Positions 57,635 through 64,000 of a stretch of 64,000 nt of DNA are shown piece by piece. A program made the translations under genes and the position numbers. The DNA is from a bacterium (GTDB lineage Bacteria; 4484-113; JAFGCY01). The first letter of the stretch is position 1. Every line of letters begins with the position of its first letter. Location: contig JAGRNT010000003.1 of NCBI GenBank assembly GCA_020440605.1, positions 90,801 through 154,800 of the forward strand. Reading direction: 5' to 3'. Under the pieces are notes generated by a model that ran no database searches, was not told where the DNA came from, and saw only the letters and a program-made list of their open reading frames with translations.

Positions 57635-58990
57635 CTAGACCAGCCTGAACACCTTGCGCTTGCCGACTTTCAGCACGACTCCGGGTTTGTGCTCATACGT
57701 TGCCATCTTGTCCGTCACGGCTTCGTCGTCAAGTTTCACGGCCCCGCTCTCCATCAAGCGCTGGGCTTCCTTCTTCGACGGGGCTGCATCAAGGTGCACG
57801 ATCAGGTCGGCGAGCTTTGCCTCGGCATGCATCTCTGCCGGGATAGCCACTTCCGGGATGTCCTCCTCGGCGAAGCTCTTCTCCTGCACCGTGCGCTGGA
57901 AGTGCGCCGCAGCCTCGGCGGCAGCATCCTCACCGTTGTACATCGCCGTGATCCGCGTTGCCACCCACTTCTTGACTTCCATCGGCTCGCTGTCAATCCG
58001 TGATTTCCACTCGTCCTTCAGTTCCTTCGGACCCTCGAGTGCGATGTCGATGTAGTGCGCGATCATTTCGTCCGTGATGCGCATCACCTTGCCGAACATG
58101 TCCTCCGGCTTCTCCAGCACGTCAATCGTGTTGCCCCAGCTCTTGGACATCTTACGCCCGTCGGTACCCATCAGCAGGGGGAAAGTCATCATCACATGCG
58201 GGCCCTTCACCGCCGTGCCGGTCTGGGGCTGCTCCGCCGCCAGCGGATGCGGCTGGCCGGCGAGGAAGTCCCCGCTCTCCGGATGGTGCCGCTCAGCGAA
58301 GTACTTCTGCAGGATGCGTCCGGCCAGCAGGTTGAAGTGCTGGTCGTAACCGCCGACCTGCACATCGCAGTTCAGCGCGAAGGCGTCGTAGCCCTGCATC
58401 AGCGAATAGAAGCATTCGTGCAGGCGCACCCCGGCGCCGCTGTCGAGCCGGTCGCGGAAGTCCTGGCGCGCGATGATCTGGCTCAGGGGGAACTGCGCGG
58501 CGATCTCCGTCGTTTCGGCGAAGCTTAGGCGCCCGAGCCATTCGCCGTTGAAGCGGATCTCCGTCCTGTCCGGGTCCAGCAGGCGGTGGGCCTGGCCTGT
58601 GTAGAACTTCGCCATTTCCATCACGTCATCATGCGTCAGGCGCTTGCGCTCGCTGCTCTGGCCGGTGGGGTCGCCGATCATCGCGGTGTAGTCGCCGATC
58701 AGGAAGATCACCTGATGCCCGAGCGTCTGGAAACGGCGCAGCTTGACCACTGGAACCATATGGCCGATATGCAGGCTGGTGCGCGTCGGGTCCGCACCGA
58801 TATAGATGCGCAGCGGCTCGCCGGTCTTGGCGCTGCGCTCCAGCTTCTTCTTCATCTCGCTGCGCATCTGCGCCCGGATCCCCGTTTCGCCGCCCTCCTG
58901 GCCAGGCTTCAGCGAGGCCTCGTCCGCGAAGTAGCTGCCCTCGAAGAGGAAGTCCAGCTGCTGCTCAATTGTCATGTCTGATGTATCCAT
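57635..58990 (-). CDS. tyrS: Tyrosine--tRNA ligase
   Basis: YIGADPTRTSLHIGH, IGDYTAMIGDPTG, YSLMQGYD, VGGYDQHFN, GRKMSKS, C-terminal S4 domain (LKVGKRK). Start is MDTSD or MTIEQ. Confidence 0.96.
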   Translation of the reverse strand: MDTSDMTIEQQLDFLFEGSYFADEASLKPGQEGGETGIRAQMRSEMKKKLERSAKTGEPLRIYIGADPTRTSLHIGHMVPVVKLRRFQTLGHQVIFLIGDYTAMIGDPTGQSSERKRLTHDDVMEMAKFYTGQAHRLLDPDRTEIRFNGEWLGRLSFAETTEIAAQFPLSQIIARQDFRDRLDSGAGVRLHECFYSLMQGYDAFALNCDVQVGGYDQHFNLLAGRILQKYFAERHHPESGDFLAGQPHPLAAEQPQTGTAVKGPHVMMTFPLLMGTDGRKMSKSWGNTIDVLEKPEDMFGKVMRITDEMIAHYIDIALEGPKELKDEWKSRIDSEPMEVKKWVATRITAMYNGEDAAAEAAAHFQRTVQEKSFAEEDIPEVAIPAEMHAEAKLADLIVHLDAAPSKKEAQRLMESGAVKLDDEAVTDKMATYEHKPGVVLKVGKRKVFRLV

Positions 58991-59105
58991 GTTCCTGTCC
59001 GGGATGCCGGCAGCATCCGTGCCGGATATGATACCGCCGGGCCGCAGGCTGCAGGCGCTCCGCTGCCTGACCATATAATGGCTGCATCCAGACGTTCGGA
59101 GATCC

Positions 59106-59636
59106 ATGGACATGCACATCAGCTTGATCGTCCTCCTGGGCCTGGCCCTGCTGCTGCTCGGGGGTTGCCCGCAGCAGAACAGCTCCGATGCACAGGCAGG
59201 AACCACCGCCACTGCATCCGCCGATCCCCACAGCGCAGCCGCACCGCATTCCGAGGCCGGCCAGGCGGATGCGGACAGTGCCGATGAAGGCATCGTCAAT
59301 CCCAATGCCCAGGGCGAGGCCGGCGAAGCTGCGAAGCAGCGGGTCCGTGATATGGTCAAGGCCCTGCAGGATGGTGACCGGGCTGCCTTCCTGGCCTGCT
59401 TCCTGCCTGAGTCCCGCGAGCTTGAGGAGATGACTGCGATGTTTGACGAGTGGCAGGGCAGTGGCAATACCATCGAGATCACCGGTCTGGAGGTCAGCGC
59501 TGCGGACGACAGGCATGCTCTGGTGGACTACGAATTCCGGATCTCAGAGGGTGGTGCCGAACCCGAAACCGAGGACGGGGCCATGGAACTGATGAAGGAC
59601 GAGCAGGGGAACTGGCTGATCAACGACCTCGGCTGA
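59106..59636 (+). CDS. Lipoprotein with NTF2-like/DUF4878-type domain
   Basis: LLLGGC lipobox; MVKALQDGDRAAFLACF...ALVDYEF...MELMKDEQGNWLI. Confidence 0.7.
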   Translation: MDMHISLIVLLGLALLLLGGCPQQNSSDAQAGTTATASADPHSAAAPHSEAGQADADSADEGIVNPNAQGEAGEAAKQRVRDMVKALQDGDRAAFLACFLPESRELEEMTAMFDEWQGSGNTIEITGLEVSAADDRHALVDYEFRISEGGAEPETEDGAMELMKDEQGNWLINDLG

Positions 59637-59681
59637 GCGGGAGCTCGCGCCGCGGTGCACTGGCAAGCGGAGACTTGAGTT

Positions 59682-61340
59682 ATGGACTGGAACCTGTGGC
59701 GACTGGCATGGCTGCCGGCCTGCATGCTGCTGCTCGCGGGCTGCAGCGGAAATCCCGGGAATGCTGATACTGCTGCTGGAGCGGGGATGGCCGCCGCAAT
59801 CGAGGAGCAGTGGCTGGCCCAGCTACCGCCCCTGCCGCAGCCGCGCAGCTCCAGTGGCAGTTCGCTCAGCGAGCGGGTCGGCAGCAACTACCTGATGAAG
59901 AGCAGCAATGCGATCGAGGATGGCAACTTCCTTGACCTGCTCAGCGGCGGCACCAGCCCGGCCTGGGCCTACTGGCAATACAAGCCCGGGGCCAGGGTGG
60001 TCACCAAGCTGGAAATCGTCGCCAACATTGACGCCGGCAATGAATACTGGGTCGCCGTGGCTGATTACGGCAGCGGCCGCTGGCAGTTCCGCGGCCCCTT
60101 CACGAGCTCCGCCGTGCTCAGGGCCGACGACTTCAACCTGCATTCCCCTGACGGGGACTTCTATGCCATGGCACTGACGGCAGGCGGCAGGAAGGCGCGC
60201 ATCGCCGCTGTGAATGTGACGACCGAGGACAACTGGCAGTGCATCACCCTGCGCTCGGATCTGTCGGTGAATACCCAGCCGCTGGTGGAGGTGGTGGACG
60301 GCAGGCCGGTGCTGCTGTGGTATGACAACGGCACTGATGCCTACCGCATCCTGCGCAGCAGCACATCCTACGGCGAGGACCCCGCGGACTGGGAGGAGGA
60401 GATCTTCCTGTTCACGGGAGATGAATTCCTGCGATTCACGGACTCGGCAGTCATCAATGGCAAGCTCGCAATCAGTTTCAGCGACGGCAACAAGCACGAC
60501 CTGAACTACTTCCGCGAAGGCATGACTGACTACATTGCACTCAGCGGGGACCTCAATCCATCAGGCGGGCGCAACTGCCTGCTGGAGGTGGAAGGCCATG
60601 CTGCCATCGCCTACCGCGACGGCACCGGCGGTGACAACAGCCAGGGAGCGCTTCTGTACATGCGCAGCGCCACTCCGAACGGCCAGCTGGTCGAGGACTG
60701 GGATGAGCGGGTCATCGTCTACGGCGGCAACTCCGGCTTTGACAAGCCGGACATGCAGATTGTCAACGGCCATCCGGCAATCGCGGCCTTTGACTATGCC
60801 TTTGAGAACGTGATGTACTGCTGGACCCCTGACAGCGACGGCATGACCGGGGAGAACTGGAAGAACCGGACCCTCTACACCAGCAATGACAACCCGGAGT
60901 TCATTAACCTGCGCGTACTGGACCAGTATCCGGCAATCGCCTTCCAGGATTCCAAGAACGGTGAGGAACTCTGGTTCATACAGGCAGCGGTGGCTGACCC
61001 GGGTGAGGAGCTCAATGACTGGAACAGCCCCTTCGTGATTGACACGACCGGCAATGTCGGCCAGGGCACGAGCCTGACCAACGTGGAGGGGCGGCCCTTC
61101 ATCTCATATCTGGAGGATGGCAGCGGCACCGAGCTGCGCTACGCCATTGCCAATACGCTGAACGGCATCCAGGGCAGCTGGCAGAAGGGACTGATTGAGG
61201 ACGAACACGTGCAGAGCTCCACGCTCCACACAAGTTCTCTCTCGATCGATGGACGCATCATCGTCTGCTACGTGGATTACAACGGCAGCGATATCCGCAA
61301 TATCCGCTGGTGCTGGCGCGAGGCCGGATCTCTCGAATAG
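59682..61340 (+). CDS. Lipoprotein: N module fused directly to a BNR-like propeller
   Basis: LLLAGC; VAVADYGSGRWQFRGPF; blades VDGRPVL, VEGHAAIAY, VNGHPAIAAF, VEGRPFISY as in 18108/20727. Confidence 0.82.
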   Translation: MDWNLWRLAWLPACMLLLAGCSGNPGNADTAAGAGMAAAIEEQWLAQLPPLPQPRSSSGSSLSERVGSNYLMKSSNAIEDGNFLDLLSGGTSPAWAYWQYKPGARVVTKLEIVANIDAGNEYWVAVADYGSGRWQFRGPFTSSAVLRADDFNLHSPDGDFYAMALTAGGRKARIAAVNVTTEDNWQCITLRSDLSVNTQPLVEVVDGRPVLLWYDNGTDAYRILRSSTSYGEDPADWEEEIFLFTGDEFLRFTDSAVINGKLAISFSDGNKHDLNYFREGMTDYIALSGDLNPSGGRNCLLEVEGHAAIAYRDGTGGDNSQGALLYMRSATPNGQLVEDWDERVIVYGGNSGFDKPDMQIVNGHPAIAAFDYAFENVMYCWTPDSDGMTGENWKNRTLYTSNDNPEFINLRVLDQYPAIAFQDSKNGEELWFIQAAVADPGEELNDWNSPFVIDTTGNVGQGTSLTNVEGRPFISYLEDGSGTELRYAIANTLNGIQGSWQKGLIEDEHVQSSTLHTSSLSIDGRIIVCYVDYNGSDIRNIRWCWREAGSLE

Positions 61341-61404
61341 ATTCCGGTTTGACACAGGCCTGCCGCAGGGGCATAATCAGCCTGAAGTGTAAAGGTGGGA
61401 CACC

Positions 61405-62445
61405 ATGAGGAATGCAATACTGTGCCTGGTGGCAGCTCTGCTTGTGCTGCTTGCCTCCTGCAATGAAGTCAGACGCGACAGCCGGACGGCGCAATCGTCG
61501 CAGAGTTCACAGCCTGTCGCCGCCGCAGCCACGGATGCGCCTGCTCCAGTGGGGGAAATTGCCAGCGTGGCCGATGCAGCGGATGATCAGCCGGAACACC
61601 TCGGTTACTGCGTGGAATACTGCGCGATCTGCGGTGAGCACCGCGGTGAGAACAGCCAGCCACCGCGGGATGAGCCGCTGCGCATCAACTTCAACTTCAT
61701 GGCGGTGCACTACAACGCCGCCGAGGATGCCGACATGTCGAAGCTGGACTTCGAACTGGTCGGCCTCTGGCGCAACCGCGAACGGATGAAGACCCACCTG
61801 AGCATGGACCACCGCGGGCAGGACATCTTCCCGCTGGTGGACGTGGGACTCTGCCGGATGCAGGTTGAGCCCCTGCTCTCGGAAGTGGTGGAAACCGCCA
61901 TCCGCAATCGCAGTGGCAACGACTACAAGACCTACGGTGCCTACCAGGTGACGGTGACGGACCCCGAAGGGGTGCTGGTCGGCGAATTCCCGCTGGATGG
62001 CAACGGGGATGCCGGAGAGGCGCAGTGGCAGAACACGAAGGACAGTGTCTACCACGTCGGCAAGGCCTACAAGCGAGACAGTGATGAATGGCGCTATGAC
62101 ATCCGCCGCATGGCGGAGTTCCGCGAGCAGGAGTATGCAGCGCCGGTGCTGTTCGGGCTGGTCTTCCACAATGAGGGCAAGCTCAGTCATTCAGATGTGG
62201 CACCGGATCATGGTGAGCACGAGTACGTCTTCCCGGCCGCAGGCGTTGACATCTACACCCCGGAGGCGATCAGGGCAGCCGGCAAGGCGGCACTTGAGCG
62301 TGAGAAAGCCGAGCGTGACGTGAAGCTCACTTCCGGGCGGGATGTGCCGGCGCTCATGCCGAGCTTCATTGCCAGGGCCGGCCGTGGTGGCAGCGGGGGC
62401 TACAGCCCGCCTGTATATGGCGGTGGCTGCGGCGGCGGCGGTTGA
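61405..62445 (+). CDS. Lipoprotein with Gly-rich tail, paralog of 49836-50753
   Basis: LLASCNE; PLRINF...DADMSKLDFE...VGLCRMQVEPLL...TDPEGVLVGEF; tail GGGSGGYSPPVYGGGCGGGG. Confidence 0.75.
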   Translation: MRNAILCLVAALLVLLASCNEVRRDSRTAQSSQSSQPVAAAATDAPAPVGEIASVADAADDQPEHLGYCVEYCAICGEHRGENSQPPRDEPLRINFNFMAVHYNAAEDADMSKLDFELVGLWRNRERMKTHLSMDHRGQDIFPLVDVGLCRMQVEPLLSEVVETAIRNRSGNDYKTYGAYQVTVTDPEGVLVGEFPLDGNGDAGEAQWQNTKDSVYHVGKAYKRDSDEWRYDIRRMAEFREQEYAAPVLFGLVFHNEGKLSHSDVAPDHGEHEYVFPAAGVDIYTPEAIRAAGKAALEREKAERDVKLTSGRDVPALMPSFIARAGRGGSGGYSPPVYGGGCGGGG

Positions 62446-62523
62446 TAGGTCCAGCCGCTCCCGTGTGGAGCTGACACCAGGACATCCACGGCCATCGGTC
62501 AGATCGGTTCCGGCTGAACCCGC

Positions 62524-63138
62524 CTAGAAGCCGTTCATACTCTCATTGAATCCGATCGCGAATCCGATGATGAAATTCAGCACGAAGATCACGATGCCCC
62601 AGGTGTTCCAGGCGTCCATGGTGCTGACGAACTGCTGTACATCATTGAAGCGCCGGCCCTGCCAGGCCAGCTTCTTGCCGCTGAAACCGATGATCAGGAC
62701 ATAGATCAGGCTGGCGAAGGGAATGAAGCCGCAGATCAGGCCGAGAACTCCAAGTGCGACCTGTCCATTGGCAAAGGCGAACAGCCCGAAGGGGACGCAT
62801 CCCCCGGCATTGAAGCCCTCAGCCTCCGCCGGAGCGACTGCCGAAGTGCCGGAACCGCTGTCATTGCCACCGAGGGCATGATGCTGATGGCTCTGCTGGC
62901 GATAGAACTCCTGGGCCGCATGCGGATCCATGTTCTGGGCGCTGACCGGTTCATCCGGAGGGCGTTGCGGATTCGGCGGCGGGGCGGCATAGCCGGGTCG
63001 CTGGCCGCTCTGCTCGGTCCAGGATGTGTACCTGGGGCCGGAATCGGCCGGAGCGCTGCTGTTGCCCAGCGGGCGCATGCAGCTTGAACACGTACTGCGG
63101 CCAGGTCCGTTGCTGGCTCCACAGGCAGGACACTTCAT
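62524..63138 (-). CDS. Zinc ribbon, Pro/Gln linker and membrane domain protein
   Basis: MKCPACG...CSSC; GFNAGGCVPFGLFAFANG...LAWQGRRF...MDAWNTWG; GAGGAG SD. Confidence 0.8.
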   Translation of the reverse strand: MKCPACGASNGPGRSTCSSCMRPLGNSSAPADSGPRYTSWTEQSGQRPGYAAPPPNPQRPPDEPVSAQNMDPHAAQEFYRQQSHQHHALGGNDSGSGTSAVAPAEAEGFNAGGCVPFGLFAFANGQVALGVLGLICGFIPFASLIYVLIIGFSGKKLAWQGRRFNDVQQFVSTMDAWNTWGIVIFVLNFIIGFAIGFNESMNGF

Positions 63139-63199
63139 TTCAGTGCTCCTCACCAGATTGATTGATCCGTCCCCCGCATCCGCCGGCGGAATCAGCCGC

Positions 63200-63802
63200 T
63201 TAGAAACTGCCCCCGTTCATTTCAGCAGACATCGCCGCGAAGGTGACAAAGAATACAAACACGAAATACAGCACCATGCCCACGACCTGCACCGCGAGCA
63301 GGATCTTGCCCCAGGTATTCCAGGCATTCATGGTGTCAACGTACTCCTGGCGGCTCGTGAAGCGCCGTGATTGCCAGGCGATTTCATTGCCCTTGATCAG
63401 CACATAGATCGCGGCCGGCCAGAAAAGCAGGCTGAGGACCCCCCACATCACGTTGCCATTCACGAAGGCGAAGATCCCGTAGGGGATGCAGCCTCCGAAA
63501 TTCATGTTTGCTGCTTCAGGCGGCAAGGGATACCCCGCGCCCATGCCGCTGGAATTCTGGTTCGCATCATAGCCGCCGTAGCTCGGAGGATAGGAGGGCT
63601 GGCCCTGGGGCGGAGCCTGATGCGGCGGCGGCGTGGGAGCCTGCTGCGGGGGTGGGGCGGGAGGGGCCTGGCCCGGCGGCGGGGCACGGAATCCCTCCGG
63701 TGCGTCCATGGGCTGCTGCGGGGCTTCCGCCAGCAGCTTGCCACAGCTCACGCAGAACTGTCCGTGGTCGTCATTCTGTGCGCCGCAGTGTCCGCAGTAC
63801 AT
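63200..63802 (-). CDS. Zinc ribbon, Pro-rich linker and membrane domain protein (tandem paralog)
   Basis: MYCGHCG...FCVSCG; MNFGGCIPYGIFAFVNG...IAWQSRRF...MNAWNTWG; GGAGG SD. Confidence 0.82.
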   Translation of the reverse strand: MYCGHCGAQNDDHGQFCVSCGKLLAEAPQQPMDAPEGFRAPPPGQAPPAPPPQQAPTPPPHQAPPQGQPSYPPSYGGYDANQNSSGMGAGYPLPPEAANMNFGGCIPYGIFAFVNGNVMWGVLSLLFWPAAIYVLIKGNEIAWQSRRFTSRQEYVDTMNAWNTWGKILLAVQVVGMVLYFVFVFFVTFAAMSAEMNGGSF

Positions 63803-63865
63803 CCTGTTCCTCCCGGAAATGGCCTGCTTTCAGTATAGCAAGTACGTTGTGCGGCCCCGCCGGGA

Positions 63866-64000
63866 TCAGCGGTAGCTGTTGTGCTCGATGAAGAAGCCGT
63901 TGCCCTCGGGATCGCTGCAGTCCACCACCTGCACGCCGGGAGCCGGGCTGCGTACCTCGCTGCATTCCACACCACGGGAGATCAGCTCGCTTCGCGCAGC
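63866..64000 (-). CDS. 3' end of a probable VOC/glyoxalase family protein
   Basis: ...VQVVDCSDPEGNGFFIEHNSYR*; the DPEGN motif is typical of VOC C-termini. Runs off the window. Confidence 0.5.
   Translation of the reverse strand, partial: AARSELISRGVECSEVRSPAPGVQVVDCSDPEGNGFFIEHNSYR

Noticed and set aside
57022-58003. ORFs at 57022-57318, 57126-57539, 57188-57583, 57296-57568 and 57593-58003
   Set aside because: They are translations of the palindromic repeat or antisense to EamA/tyrS.

Overview
High-GC bacterial chromosome segment; the taxon cannot be fixed from this window. Housekeeping genes: tgt, CIRCE-controlled groES-groEL, der, folC, methionine gamma-lyase, tyrS, tRNA-Gln(CTG), a RimK-like ligase, arsC, an ArsR-family regulator, an aquaporin and a TetR. 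These are interspersed with many modular surface lipoproteins (PKD, FN3, PQQ-like and BNR-like propellers, cohesin- and dockerin-like domains). No integrase, transposase, cas gene or CRISPR array is visible. Main observations: (1) a tandem two-gene cassette at 46.9-48.0 kb (109-aa lipoprotein plus an unannotated 43-aa peptide, twice), where all four products end in the same [FY]V[HW]FDxExxx motif and the two peptides differ only by synonymous changes; (2) a 2,921-bp integrase-free insertion in the 3' end of the methionine gamma-lyase gene, carrying a RING/ROT-TROVE-like/TerD gene preceded by a structured RNA; (3) two secreted metallothionein-like proteins built from KPKCGC[SE] repeats; (4) a shared R-[ST]-x-S motif in many lipoproteins; (5) frequent leaderless gene starts; (6) three periodic palindromic intergenic elements. 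Family assignments come from motif recognition by eye, not database searches.
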